Assembly (NCBI RefSeq): GCF_001824475.1 | Contig: NZ_MHXN01000011.1 | Location: forward strand, 7,918-71,917 | Length of the DNA stretch: 64,000 bases | Direction: 5' to 3' | From: Phenylobacterium sp. RIFCSPHIGHO2_01_FULL_69_31 | GTDB lineage: Bacteria; Pseudomonadota; Alphaproteobacteria; Caulobacterales; Caulobacteraceae | Shown: positions 36,284 through 45,551 of the stretch, piece after piece | How the letters are laid out: every line of letters begins with the position of its first letter | Position numbering within the stretch: position 1 is the first letter of the stretch | Notes under the pieces: generated by a model | The model's input: only the letters and a program-made list of their open reading frames with translations | Told to the model about the DNA's origin: nothing | Databases searched by the model: none | Program-made: the position numbers and the translations under genes

Positions 36284-37027
36284 TCACGGGCGCCAGGGGA
36301 GTGCGGCCTCGCCCCGGAGGATGGCCTCGACCTCCGGTCGATGCTTGCCGCCGTTGCGGTCGTGGAGCACGAGCGGCGGCAGCAGTTGCAGCGGCGCCTT
36401 GCCGGTCTTTATCGCCCGCACCAGCACCCGCTTGGCCGGCTCGTCGGCGAAAGGGTGGATCGGCCGAATCTGGATCGAACCGGCCTTGGGAGCCAGCAGC
36501 GCCAGTATGTCGCCCAGACGGTCGGCGCGGTGAACGATCGTGATGGAGCCGCCCTCGCGCACGGCCTTGGACAGGAAGCCGATCCAGGCCTCCAGGCCAT
36601 CGTCGGCCATCCACGCCCCACGCCGTTCGGGCGCCGGGCCGCGCAGGGCCCCGGGGTCGTCGAAGAACGGCGGATTAGCCATGGCCGCGTCGAAGGGCGG
36701 GAGCTCGAGCCCTGCAAAGCGCAGCGCAACATCGCCCTCGACGACCGTGACCCGCTCGCCCAGGCGGTTCAGCGCGATGTTCTCCCGCGCCAGGGCGGCG
36801 GCGCGCGGATCCCGCTCGACGCCGGTGAAGCTGGCGCCGGGCCGCCGGGTCGCGGCCGCCAGGAGAGCGCCCCCGGCGCCGCAGCCGGCCTCGATCACCC
36901 GTTGCCCGGGTCCTGCGTCGCAAGCGGCCGCCAACAGGGCCGCATCCAGTCCGGCGCGGTACCCGCGGGCGGGTTGCCGCAGGCGGATGCGCCCGTCCAG
37001 CAGCCCGTCTTCAGTGATTGCATCCAT
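36284..37027 (-). CDS. tRNA1(Val) A37 N6-methyltransferase (YfiC/TrmN6-like)
   Basis: QP..GYRAGLDA.LLA, EAGCGAG, NPPF, KRVLVRA.K. Confidence 0.88.
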   Translation of the reverse strand: MDAITEDGLLDGRIRLRQPARGYRAGLDAALLAAACDAGPGQRVIEAGCGAGGALLAAATRRPGASFTGVERDPRAAALARENIALNRLGERVTVVEGDVALRFAGLELPPFDAAMANPPFFDDPGALRGPAPERRGAWMADDGLEAWIGFLSKAVREGGSITIVHRADRLGDILALLAPKAGSIQIRPIHPFADEPAKRVLVRAIKTGKAPLQLLPPLVLHDRNGGKHRPEVEAILRGEAALPWRP

Positions 37028-37165
37028 CGGGCCCGGCCTTGGTGTAGAAGGGACTGAACGTGTTCGGCTCTGGTCGCTTGACCGTGCCCTGTCGCGTCAC
37101 CATTGTCCCGGCGAATGGCGACCGGTCGGGGGCCGGGCGCCTGTTGATATAGGAATAGTTCTCTC

Positions 37166-38170
37166 TTGGAAGCCGCCCAGGCTATCGCCGCTCCCCCCTC
37201 GCTGGACCTGCTGCTGAAGCTGGCCGGTCCGGACATGCGCGCGGTGGACGCCCTGATCCGCGAGCATATGGACAGCCCCGTGCCGGTGATCCCGGCCCTG
37301 GCCGACCACCTGATCGCCGGCTCCGCCAAGCGCCTTCGCCCCCTCCTGACCATCGCCGCCGCCCGCCTGTGCGGCGCGCGCGACGACGCCTGCTTGAAGC
37401 TGGCGGCCGCGGTGGAGTTCATCCACACCGCCACCCTCCTGCACGACGACGTGGTCGATTCCTCGCAATTGCGCCGGGGCCGCGTGGCGGCGCACCTGAT
37501 CTGGGGCGCCCCGGCCAGCGTTCTGGTGGGCGACTTCCTGTTCGCCCGTGCGTTCGAGCTGATGGTCGGCGCGGGGTCGATGCCGGCGCTGGAGATCCTG
37601 GCTCGGGCCAGCCGCGTCATCTCCGAGGGCGAAGTGCTGCAACTCACCCGCAGCCACGACCTGGACCTCAGCCAGGACGTCTACATCGAGATCATCAAGG
37701 CCAAGACGGCCGAGCTGTTCGCCGCCGCGGCGGAGGCCGGCGCGGTTTCGGCCGGGGCGCCGGCCGATCGGTGCCGCGCCCTGCGCAAGTTCGGCCAGGA
37801 CCTGGGCCTGGCCTTCCAGCTGATCGACGATGCGCTCGACTACTCGGGCGATGCCGAGACGCTGGGAAAGAACCCTGGCGACGACTTCCGAGAAGGCAAG
37901 GTCACCCTGCCGTTGCTGCTGGCCATGCAGCGGACGGCCGCCTCGGAGCGCGATTTCTGGATCCGGACCGTCGACCGGCGCGAGCAGGAGGACGGGGACC
38001 TGGACCACGCCCGCGAGCTCATGCGAGAGACCGGCGCGCTGGAGGAGACCCTGGCTCTGGCCGGCCGCTACGCCGAGACCGCCAAGGCCGCCATCGCCGA
38101 CTATGGCTCCAATTCGTGGCGGCCGGCGCTGCAGGATCTGGCCGACTTCGCCGTGATGCGGCGGGCTTAA
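37166..38170 (+). CDS. ispB: Polyprenyl diphosphate synthase (octa/decaprenyl)
   Basis: KRLRP, EFIHTATLLHDDVVD..LRRG, GDFL, FQLIDDALDY, GKN.GDD.REGK.TLP. Confidence 0.92.
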   Translation: MEAAQAIAAPPSLDLLLKLAGPDMRAVDALIREHMDSPVPVIPALADHLIAGSAKRLRPLLTIAAARLCGARDDACLKLAAAVEFIHTATLLHDDVVDSSQLRRGRVAAHLIWGAPASVLVGDFLFARAFELMVGAGSMPALEILARASRVISEGEVLQLTRSHDLDLSQDVYIEIIKAKTAELFAAAAEAGAVSAGAPADRCRALRKFGQDLGLAFQLIDDALDYSGDAETLGKNPGDDFREGKVTLPLLLAMQRTAASERDFWIRTVDRREQEDGDLDHARELMRETGALEETLALAGRYAETAKAAIADYGSNSWRPALQDLADFAVMRRA

Positions 38171-38235
38171 CAAAGCTAAGCCTCAGGAACTCCAACGCAT
38201 TTCGCGCGCTCCTCCGCGTCCGAGGGAGTATCCGC

Positions 38236-39168
38236 ATGCTTGCTGCCGACCGTCTCGCCCGCGTGGGCGTTTTCTCACCCGAGTTTCCGGACGCCGAAGC
38301 GCTTCACCAGGGGCTGGCTCGGTGGAACCGGCGCCGGCTGGCCGTCCAGACGCCGGACGCCGACTGGTCCATGACCCTGAACAACGATGTCCGCATGATG
38401 CGGCTGGAAGGCGCGTTCATCGAAGCTTTCCGCGCCGAGATCGCCCCGCTCGTGGCGGCCGTCCCGAGCGATCCCGAGGGGTTCATCGCCTGGTTCGAGG
38501 ACCTCAAGCAGTCTGGTCCCGGCCAATACGACCCCCTGTTCGCCTGGCTGGAGACCGAAGCCAGCCTGGAACAGATCAAATGGTTCCTGACCCAGGAAGC
38601 GGCCGGGGAGGCCGGCTTCGACGATCTGGTCGCCATGACCCAGGTGAAGCTGCCTGCCCGCCCTAAGCTGGAGCTGGCCCGCAATTATTGGGACGAGATG
38701 GGGCGCGGCAAGGAAGCGGGCATGCACGGCCCCATGCTGGACCGGACCGTCGAAGGCCTCGGTCTGACCCCCAGCATCGAGGGCACGCTCTGGCAGTCCC
38801 TGGCCCTGGCCAACACCATGACCGCCTTCGCCACCACCCGACGATATGTCTACCAGTCGATCGGAGCGCTTGGCGTGGTGGAGCTGACCGCGCCGACCCG
38901 CGTCGCTTGCGTGGACGAGGGCCTGAAGCGGCTGGGCGTGGCGCCCGAGCAGCGCAAGTACTTCGCCCTGCATGCCCAGCTCGACATCGAGCACTCCCGG
39001 GCCTGGAACGCGGAAGCCCTGATCCCGCTGGTTGAGGCCGCCCCCGACTGTGCGCGGCACCTGGCGGAGGGCGCCGTCATGCGCCTCATCTGCGGCGAGC
39101 AATGCTTCGAGGCCTACCGCGCCCACCTCTGGGCCCACGCCCACCCGGTGGTCTACGCGGCGGAGTAG
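38236..39168 (+). CDS. Iron-containing redox enzyme, heme-oxygenase-like diiron (HDO) family
   Basis: C-terminal part of track ORF 37369..39168 with its own GAGGGAG RBS. Motifs NYWDEMG...H, GVVELTAP and YFALHAQLDIEH. Confidence 0.82.
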   Translation: MLAADRLARVGVFSPEFPDAEALHQGLARWNRRRLAVQTPDADWSMTLNNDVRMMRLEGAFIEAFRAEIAPLVAAVPSDPEGFIAWFEDLKQSGPGQYDPLFAWLETEASLEQIKWFLTQEAAGEAGFDDLVAMTQVKLPARPKLELARNYWDEMGRGKEAGMHGPMLDRTVEGLGLTPSIEGTLWQSLALANTMTAFATTRRYVYQSIGALGVVELTAPTRVACVDEGLKRLGVAPEQRKYFALHAQLDIEHSRAWNAEALIPLVEAAPDCARHLAEGAVMRLICGEQCFEAYRAHLWAHAHPVVYAAE

Positions 39169-39169
39169 A

Positions 39170-40561
39170 TCAGCCCGGGCTGATCATCTTCTCCGGGCGG
39201 ACCCACTCGTCGAACTCCTCGTTCGTCAGGTAGCCGCCGCCGACGGCCTCCTCGCGCAGGGTGGTGCCGTTCTTGTGGGCTGCCTTGGCGATCTTGGCGC
39301 AGTTGTCGTAGCCCAGCTTGCCGTTGAGGGCGGTGACGAGCATCAGCGACCGCTCGAGGTTCAGCTTGATGTTGTCCTCGCGGGCCTCTGTCCCCGCCAC
39401 CATGTTGTCGGTGAACGAGACCGCGGCGTCGGACAGCAGCCGACAGGACTGCAGGAAGTTGTAGGCCATCACCGGGTTGAACACGTTCAGCTCGAAATGG
39501 CCCTGGCTGCCGGCGAAGGCCATCGCCGTCTGGTTGCCCATGATGTGGGCGCAGACCATGGTCAGGGCCTCGGCCTGGGTGGGGTTGACCTTCCCGGGCA
39601 TGATGGACGACCCCGGCTCGTTCTCGGGCAGGGCCAGCTCGCCCAGGCCGGCGCGGGGGCCGGACCCCAGGAACCGCAGGTCGTTGGCGATCTTGAACAG
39701 GGCGCCGGCCGCGGCCGTGAGGGCGCCGTGGCTGAAGACCATGGCGTCGTGCGCGGCCAGGGCTTCGAACTTGTTCGGCGCGGTGATGAACGGCAGCTTC
39801 GTGATGCCGGCGATCTTCTCGGCCACCAGCTCGGCGAACCCGATGGGCGCGTTCAGGCCAGTGCCGACCGCCGTGCCGCCCTGGGCCAGTTCATAAAGGC
39901 CGTAGAGCGTCTGCTTGATCCGCTGCACCGACATCGAGACCTGGTGCGCGTAGCCGCCGAACTCCTGGCCGAGGGTCAGCGGCGTGGCGTCCTGGGTGTG
40001 GGTGCGGCCGATCTTGATGATGTGGTCGAACTGGACCGCCTTGGCCTTCAGCGCCGCGTGGAGGTGTTCCAGCGCCGGCATCACCGAACGGGCCACTTCC
40101 TCGGCGGACGCGATGTGCATGGCCGTCGGATAGGTGTCGTTCGACGACTGGCTCATGTTGACGTGGTCGTTGGGATGGACCGGCTTCTTCGAACCCATCA
40201 CCCCGCCCATCATCTCGATGGCGCGGTTCGAGATCACCTCGTTGGCGTTCATGTTCGACTGGGTGCCGGACCCCGTCTGCCAGACCACCAGGGGGAAGTG
40301 GTCGTCCAGCTTGCCGTCGATCACCTCCTGGGCGGCGGCGACCACGTACTTGCCGATCTCCGGGTCCAATTTGCCCAGCTGCATGTTGGCCTCGGCCGCG
40401 GCGCGCTTCACCACGCCCAGGGCCCGGATCACCGGCTGCGGCTGCTTCTCCCAGCCGATCTTGAAGTTGCCGAGCGAGCGCTGGGTCTGGGCGCCCCAGT
40501 AACGGTCGGCGGCGACCTCGATCGGGCCGAAGGTGTCGGTCTCGGTGCGGGTCGCGCTCAT
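39170..40561 (-). CDS. fumC: Class II fumarate hydratase
   Basis: [50 protein letters not shown]. Confidence 0.99.
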   Translation of the reverse strand: MSATRTETDTFGPIEVAADRYWGAQTQRSLGNFKIGWEKQPQPVIRALGVVKRAAAEANMQLGKLDPEIGKYVVAAAQEVIDGKLDDHFPLVVWQTGSGTQSNMNANEVISNRAIEMMGGVMGSKKPVHPNDHVNMSQSSNDTYPTAMHIASAEEVARSVMPALEHLHAALKAKAVQFDHIIKIGRTHTQDATPLTLGQEFGGYAHQVSMSVQRIKQTLYGLYELAQGGTAVGTGLNAPIGFAELVAEKIAGITKLPFITAPNKFEALAAHDAMVFSHGALTAAAGALFKIANDLRFLGSGPRAGLGELALPENEPGSSIMPGKVNPTQAEALTMVCAHIMGNQTAMAFAGSQGHFELNVFNPVMAYNFLQSCRLLSDAAVSFTDNMVAGTEAREDNIKLNLERSLMLVTALNGKLGYDNCAKIAKAAHKNGTTLREEAVGGGYLTNEEFDEWVRPEKMISPG

Positions 40562-40643
40562 CGGAAATCCCCAGTCTGTTGGCGGGTGACGGTTTACCGC
40601 CACGGCGCGAGACTGCAAGGCCGCCCGCCGCTATGAGGGCGGG

Positions 40644-41000
40644 ATGACCGAGACCTGGACCCAGCACGGCAAGGTGCGCGCCCGCGAGGGCGACGGGGTG
40701 CTGGAAGTGAGCGTCGACGGTCTCACGACCCAGGCGAAGTACTACAAGCCGCTGATCTACGAGTTCTTCCGCAAGGCCTGGCGCGGCTCACGGCCGGCCT
40801 GGGGGGAATACGCGGTCGAGATCGCGATGGAGTATGTGGGCGAGCCGCCCTGGCTGGACCTCGACAACCTCGCCAAGGCGCTACTGGACGCCATCAAGGG
40901 CTACGCCTTCCACGACGACGCCCAGGTGGCGCGGCTGCTGGTCGAACGGAAGCCGGGCGAGCGCGAGCGGATCACGATCCTCGTGCGCAGGCTGTCCTGA
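40644..41000 (+). CDS. RusA-family Holliday junction resolvase-like protein
   Basis: DLDNLAKALLDAIKGYAFHDDAQV fits the RusA DxDNxxK...D...DD signature. Confidence 0.75.
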   Translation: MTETWTQHGKVRAREGDGVLEVSVDGLTTQAKYYKPLIYEFFRKAWRGSRPAWGEYAVEIAMEYVGEPPWLDLDNLAKALLDAIKGYAFHDDAQVARLLVERKPGERERITILVRRLS

Positions 41001-41007
41001 AAGACCG

Positions 41008-41044
41008 AAAAGCCGGCCGCGCCAGGGAAGGCGCGGCCGGCTTT
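41008..41044. terminator. Bidirectional intrinsic terminator
   Basis: AAAGCCGGCCGCGCC-agggaa-GGCGCGGCCGGCTTT between convergent genes. Confidence 0.85.
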
Positions 41045-41068
41045 CGAGCCAGCCCTATGCAGGGTTGG

Positions 41069-41356
41069 TTAGCGGTACTGCTGCAGCCGCGTGGTGCGCA
41101 GGCCGGCCATGCCGTGACGTTCGATCGAGCGCTGCCAGGACAGAAACTCGTCGTTCGTCAGGGAGTAGCGCTCCAGAGCCTCCTCAAGGGTGATCAGCCC
41201 GCCGCGGACGGCGGCGACCACCTCGGCCTTGCGGCGGATGACCCACCGGCCCGTGTTCGGGGGCGGCAGGTCGTTCTTGGTCAGGGGCGCGCCCGTCGGC
41301 CCGATAACATAGGCCTCGCCACGGCTGTTCGTGCGCGTCTGTTGTTGTTGAAGCAT
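41069..41356 (-). CDS. sciP: CtrA inhibitor SciP (DUF1153)
   Basis: VIGPTGAPLT..DLPPPNT.RWVIRRKAEVVAAVRGGL, G..GLRTTRLQQYR. Lies downstream of flgE as in Caulobacter. Confidence 0.96.
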   Translation of the reverse strand: MLQQQQTRTNSRGEAYVIGPTGAPLTKNDLPPPNTGRWVIRRKAEVVAAVRGGLITLEEALERYSLTNDEFLSWQRSIERHGMAGLRTTRLQQYR

Positions 41357-41434
41357 GGGCTTTCTAGCGCCTCACCATCACTGTTCGACGGGAAGCATAT
41401 CCAGCGGCCCCTAACAGCCGCTGAATCGCCTTAG

Positions 41435-41450
41435 TAAAGAAACACCTAAC
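41435..41450. promoter_or_regulatory. Putative CtrA binding site upstream of sciP
   Basis: TAAA-N7-CTAAC has two mismatches to TTAA-N7-TTAAC, lies in an AT-rich gap, and sciP is a known CtrA target. Confidence 0.5.
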
Positions 41451-41524
41451 CATGGGCTCCCCCGTGTACCAATTTAATACAGTTGAGTTCAGGTAGAAGT
41501 TTCTCACTCGGTTAACGGTCAGTA

Positions 41525-42778
41525 TTAGCGCTTGATGTTGATAAGTTCTTCAAGCATCTGGTCCGCCGTCGTGATGATCTTCGACGATGCGGAGTACGCT
41601 TTCTGGGTTTGGATCAGGCCGGTGAACTCTGCCGACAAGTCGACAGTCGACGCTTCCAGGCTCGACGGCGAGATCAGACCCGCACCGCCGACGCCCGCCT
41701 GCTTGATCACCATTTCCCCTGCGGCAGTGGTGGGCCGGTAGGCGTTGCCGCTCACCTGGGCCAGGCCGTCCGGGTTGGGGAAGGTGCCGATGCCGATCTT
41801 GGCGACCTTGCGCACCTGTTCGTTGTCATAGATCGCCGAGACGATCCCTTCCTCGTCCACCTCGATAGCCACCACGTTGCCGGCGCCGGCGCCGTCCTGG
41901 CTGATCGAGCCCACCGAGCTCGGTTCGTCGAACTGGGTCAGCTTGCCGAGGTTCAGGGCGATGTCCTGGGCCGGCAGGCCGAGGGCGGCGGCCCAACCGA
42001 CGTTCAGGGAGAAGGCGTCGGGCGCGACGCCGCCCACCGTGTTGATCGAGCCGTCGGTGTTGAAGACGACGGGGATCGGGCTGGCGGGCGTGATCGGCCC
42101 GTCCGCCGCCGTCGGATAGATCGCGGCCGTCATTTCCCACTGGTTGACGGTGGCCGTCTCGACGAAGCTGAGGCGCAGCGTGTGGCGGCCGCCGGCGGCG
42201 TCGACGATGTTGACGTCGATCGGTTCGGGCGCCGTGGCGTTGTCCTTGTCGACGTTGGCGCTGATGGCGATGTTGGCGGTCGGCGAGACCGCGGCGCCCA
42301 GGTTCTTGACGTTGATCGAGTTCATGGCCGTCAGGTCGGACGGCGGCGTGACGAAGGAGCCGTCGGCCTGGATCGGCCAGCCTTGCAGGTAGAGGCCGGA
42401 ATCGTTCTTCAGATAGCCGTCGGCGTCGACGCTGAACGACCCCTGCCGGGTGAAGGACCGGGCATCCGCGGCGGTCAGGCCGGCGCCCTTGTTCGTCACG
42501 ACAAAGAAGCCGTCGCCGGAGATAGCGAGGTCGGTCGTCGAGCCGGAGGCCTGGATCAGGCCCTGGGTGCTCACGAACTGCCGGGTGATGCCCTGGACGC
42601 CGCCGGCGGAGTACTTGCCCTTCACCGCCTGGGCGGTGACGACGTTGGCGAAGTTCACCTGGTTGCGCTTGTAGGCGACGGTGTTGACGTTGGCGATGTT
42701 GTCCGAGATGGCGGCCAGGGCGGACGAGTTGGTGACCAACCCGGAAACGCCGGCGAGCAGGGCTGAATTGATGGACAT
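41525..42778 (-). CDS. flgE: Flagellar hook protein FlgE
   Basis: ISDNIANVNTVAYK, TDLAISGDGFF, FTRQGSF, LEASTVDLSAEFT.LI..QKAY.ASSKII. Confidence 0.96.
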   Translation of the reverse strand: MSINSALLAGVSGLVTNSSALAAISDNIANVNTVAYKRNQVNFANVVTAQAVKGKYSAGGVQGITRQFVSTQGLIQASGSTTDLAISGDGFFVVTNKGAGLTAADARSFTRQGSFSVDADGYLKNDSGLYLQGWPIQADGSFVTPPSDLTAMNSINVKNLGAAVSPTANIAISANVDKDNATAPEPIDVNIVDAAGGRHTLRLSFVETATVNQWEMTAAIYPTAADGPITPASPIPVVFNTDGSINTVGGVAPDAFSLNVGWAAALGLPAQDIALNLGKLTQFDEPSSVGSISQDGAGAGNVVAIEVDEEGIVSAIYDNEQVRKVAKIGIGTFPNPDGLAQVSGNAYRPTTAAGEMVIKQAGVGGAGLISPSSLEASTVDLSAEFTGLIQTQKAYSASSKIITTADQMLEELINIKR

Positions 42779-42831
42779 GACTTAGTTCCGTTCTCCTGAA
42801 GCGGGGTCGCGTGCTGCGTGGGTTCGGCCGG

Positions 42832-43569
42832 TCAGGCCGCCGCTGGAGACGACGTTTTGTCGTCCGAGTTGTCGGTTGAACCGGTGTCCGTGGCCGCCGT
42901 GGCGGTCTCCTCGGGCTCTTCCGGCTGGCGGATGCTGACGAGCTGATCCCAGGGGATCTGCACGCCGTTGACGGTGATGAAGGTCAGGCCGTCCTGTTGT
43001 TCGACGCCGGTGACCAGGCCGTCGACGTAGACGTTCGAGGTCACGGTCGAGCCTTCGCTGTCCTTGGCGGTGACCCTCAGGGTGTAGGTCCCGTCCGCCA
43101 GTTCGCTGCCGCCCTGGCCCTTGCCATCCCAGGTCAGGGTGTGCTCGCCGGCCTTGTTGTCGGTCGGGGCGATGGAGCGGACGACGCGGCCCTTGGAGTC
43201 CAGGATGTCGAGCTGGACGGTCGAGGCGTCGCGGCCCAGGGAATAGGTCCACTCCGCCTGGCCGTCCTTCAGGGCGGCGGCGTCGGAGTCGGCGCGAACT
43301 TCCTTGCCGATCAGGCTGACCGCGGTCGCGACGCCGGTGCCGGTGTTCGAGACGAGCTTCTCCAGCAGATCGTTGGTGAGGAGCTGCTGCTCCACCCCGG
43401 TCATCTGCACCAGCTGCTGGGTGAACTGGGTGGAATCCATCGGCGACAGCGGATCCTGGTTCTGCAGCTGAGTGGTGAGCAGCGTCAGGAACGTGTCGAA
43501 GTTCTCGGCGAGGCGAGCGCGTCCGGTGGCGCTGGCTCCGCTCGCGGTTGTGACGGCGTCGACGGCCAT
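42832..43569 (-). CDS. flgD: Flagellar hook capping protein FlgD
   Basis: FLTLLTTQLQNQDPLSPMDSTQFTQQL, WDGK...G...DG.Y. Confidence 0.97.
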   Translation of the reverse strand: MAVDAVTTASGASATGRARLAENFDTFLTLLTTQLQNQDPLSPMDSTQFTQQLVQMTGVEQQLLTNDLLEKLVSNTGTGVATAVSLIGKEVRADSDAAALKDGQAEWTYSLGRDASTVQLDILDSKGRVVRSIAPTDNKAGEHTLTWDGKGQGGSELADGTYTLRVTAKDSEGSTVTSNVYVDGLVTGVEQQDGLTFITVNGVQIPWDQLVSIRQPEEPEETATAATDTGSTDNSDDKTSSPAAA

Positions 43570-43573
43570 GGCG

Positions 43574-45136
43574 TCAGATCCTGAGGTCGAGGCCGGAGTT
43601 CACACCCCGGCGCAGGCGCAGAGCGCCCTGGTTGGCGGCGTCGGCCGCATCGCCCGCGGTCTCGAGCGCTGCGCGGAAGGCCCGGCCCTGGAAGGCGCGG
43701 CCCGCATCGCCCTGATCCTGCCAGGCCTGGTTCTGCTGCTGCGGATGGCCGCGGTCGCCGGCCACGTCGAAGCTGATACCGCCGGAGAGGTCGAAGCCGG
43801 CTTGCTCCAGCACGCGCTGCAGCTCGGCGGCGCGCGCCTTCACGTCGGCCGCGGCCTGCGGGTTCTCGAAGGTCATGCCCGCGGTGATCCGGCCCTGGGC
43901 GCCGATCTCGATGCGCACGTCGACCTTGCCCAGGCCGTGCGGATCCAGCTCGACGTCGAAGCGGGTCGACTTGCCTTCCAGCTTCTTGACGATCTGGGCG
44001 GCGAGGTTGGCGACGGTCTCGGGCGATCCGCGGACCACCTGACCCGCCTGCGCGGATGCCGGGGTGGAGGCCGCGGCCGCGGCGCGGGTCTCGCCCTGGC
44101 CGGTCGCGTCGGGCGACTCCGCAGTGGTCTCGGCGTCCTGCGGCTTGGCCTCGGCGGCTTCGACGCTCGCCGCGGCGGCCTTGGCGGCCCCCTGGGCGGC
44201 CTTGGCGTGGACCGGTTTGTCGGCTGCTTCGGTGGGCTTCAGTTCGTCGGGCGTCTCGGCGGACGGGGCGTCGGCGCTCTTGACGCGCTCGGCCTTGGCG
44301 GGCCGCAGGGGCACCGCTGCGGCGGCGGCCGCTTCCGGCCGGGCAGACATGCTGGCGGCGGCGGCCGTGGCGGGCGTCTCGACGGTCTCGACCGCCTTCG
44401 TGTCGACGGCGGGCTCGCTCGGCGACGGGGCCGCCGCGGGCGATTCAGGCTGAACGCCGGGTGCGACCGCGGGGATCGGGCTGGCTGTAGGGGCCGGATT
44501 GGCCGGCGGTTGTGCGGCGTTGCGGGCCGCGGGTGCAACTTGCGGAGCCGGCTCGGGAAGGTCGCCGACCGGCGCTTCGCCTGCCATCGGCGTCTCGTCC
44601 CCCGTCTCGGCGGCGAGTTCGGCCTTCTCGACCAGTCCGGCCTTGGGGTTCGCCGCCAGGATCGCCGGCATGGCGGGGGCGCCTTTGGCCTTGTCGCGGC
44701 CCCAGGCCGGGGGCGCGGCGTCGACATCCTTGCCGGCAGCGCCCTTCGCCGTGGTCACCTGCGTCTGGACGGACGTAGTCTGGGCGGCGGCCAGGCTGGC
44801 GGCGAGCGCGGCGGCCGCATCGCCAGGAGCGGGTTGCCCTTCCGCCGCGACCGGGGCCGCGGCGTCGCCTTCGACCTGACCCTGCGCGTCGCCCTCGCCG
44901 TCGCCTTCGCCGGTCTGCGCCAGCAGGTCCGGGCTGACGGCCGCGCCCGTCAGGGTCGACGGCGCCTGCACATTGGGCTGGGCCGCCACCGCATTGGGAT
45001 CGGTCGTGGGGAACAGGGCGCCCATCAGCGTTTCAAAGCCGGCGAGCGCGCCCCCGGCCGCCGGGTTCGCAGCGGCGCCGACGCCCGTCGGGGCGCCGGG
45101 AGTCATCGAGGCGATGTTGAGCGCGGACGCAGTCAT
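43574..45136 (-). CDS. fliK: Flagellar hook-length control protein FliK
   Basis: Long Ala/Pro/Glu low-complexity region and a C-terminal FliK domain (ELDPHGLGKVDVRI...ELQRVLEQAG). First gene of the fliK-flgD-flgE operon. Confidence 0.92.
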   Translation of the reverse strand: MTASALNIASMTPGAPTGVGAAANPAAGGALAGFETLMGALFPTTDPNAVAAQPNVQAPSTLTGAAVSPDLLAQTGEGDGEGDAQGQVEGDAAAPVAAEGQPAPGDAAAALAASLAAAQTTSVQTQVTTAKGAAGKDVDAAPPAWGRDKAKGAPAMPAILAANPKAGLVEKAELAAETGDETPMAGEAPVGDLPEPAPQVAPAARNAAQPPANPAPTASPIPAVAPGVQPESPAAAPSPSEPAVDTKAVETVETPATAAAASMSARPEAAAAAAVPLRPAKAERVKSADAPSAETPDELKPTEAADKPVHAKAAQGAAKAAAASVEAAEAKPQDAETTAESPDATGQGETRAAAAASTPASAQAGQVVRGSPETVANLAAQIVKKLEGKSTRFDVELDPHGLGKVDVRIEIGAQGRITAGMTFENPQAAADVKARAAELQRVLEQAGFDLSGGISFDVAGDRGHPQQQNQAWQDQGDAGRAFQGRAFRAALETAGDAADAANQGALRLRRGVNSGLDLRI

Positions 45137-45202
45137 GGTCGTTGGGCAGACTTTGGTGTGAGGAAGGCGCGTCCTGCGCCGGGCTCATTCGGCCTCCTCC
45201 TG

Positions 45203-45218
45203 AGCAACCCGCGGGCCA
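45203..45218 (-). promoter_or_regulatory. Sigma54 promoter of the fliK operon
   Basis: Minus strand TGGCCC-GCGGG-TTGCT (-24/-12). Confidence 0.88.
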
Positions 45219-45219
45219 G

Positions 45220-45248
45220 TTTATCAACGCGCTGTTTTCATTGATAAA
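45220..45248. promoter_or_regulatory. AT-rich dyad, probable IHF site(s)
   Basis: TTTATCAA-N13-TTGATAAA. Each arm contains WATCAA, just upstream of the sigma54 promoter. Confidence 0.6.
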
Positions 45249-45282
45249 AGACCGGGAGTCCTGTCGGCGCGCCACCCCGCTG

Positions 45283-45299
45283 CGGATGAATTTGCCGGG
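45283..45299 (-). promoter_or_regulatory. ftr-like enhancer (FlbD site)
   Basis: Minus strand CCCGGCAAATTCATCCG resembles Caulobacter ftr elements in the fliK-flgK intergenic region. Confidence 0.55.
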
Positions 45300-45389
45300 C
45301 CGCGGCGGGCGCCGGGGGGCGTTCCCTGCCGCCTTACCAAAACCCTAACCGTCACCGTGCAGACTACCGGGCAGCTTCCGCTTCCGGAC

Positions 45390-45405
45390 TGGCGCCGGAC
45401 TTGCG
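45390..45405 (+). promoter_or_regulatory. Sigma54 promoter of flgKL
   Basis: TGGCGC-CGGAC-TTGCG (-24/-12). Confidence 0.85.
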
Positions 45406-45496
45406 CCATTGTTTTCGACCCCATCGGGCCCTCAGAGGGACCAATGTTGAAAATGTTGAAGAATTTCCGGCCTGACGCACGCGCGTTCACCAATGC

Positions 45497-45513
45497 CCCG
45501 GCAGAATCCGCCG
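45497..45513 (+). promoter_or_regulatory. ftr-like element in the flgK leader
   Basis: CCCGGCAGAATCCGCCG dyad downstream of the flgK promoter, as described for Caulobacter flgK (flaN). Confidence 0.6.
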
Positions 45514-45551
45514 GGTCGTGCGTCAGCCTTTGCCGGGCGGAGCCTTAACCG

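Noticed and set aside
37369-38235. Apparent 599-aa protein fusing an Arg-rich region to the HDO domain
   Set aside because: The upstream part is an off-frame reading of ispB. The HDO has its own RBS and ATG at 38236.
43574-45136. Low-complexity Ala/Pro/Glu sequence
   Set aside because: Normal for the FliK molecular-ruler region.
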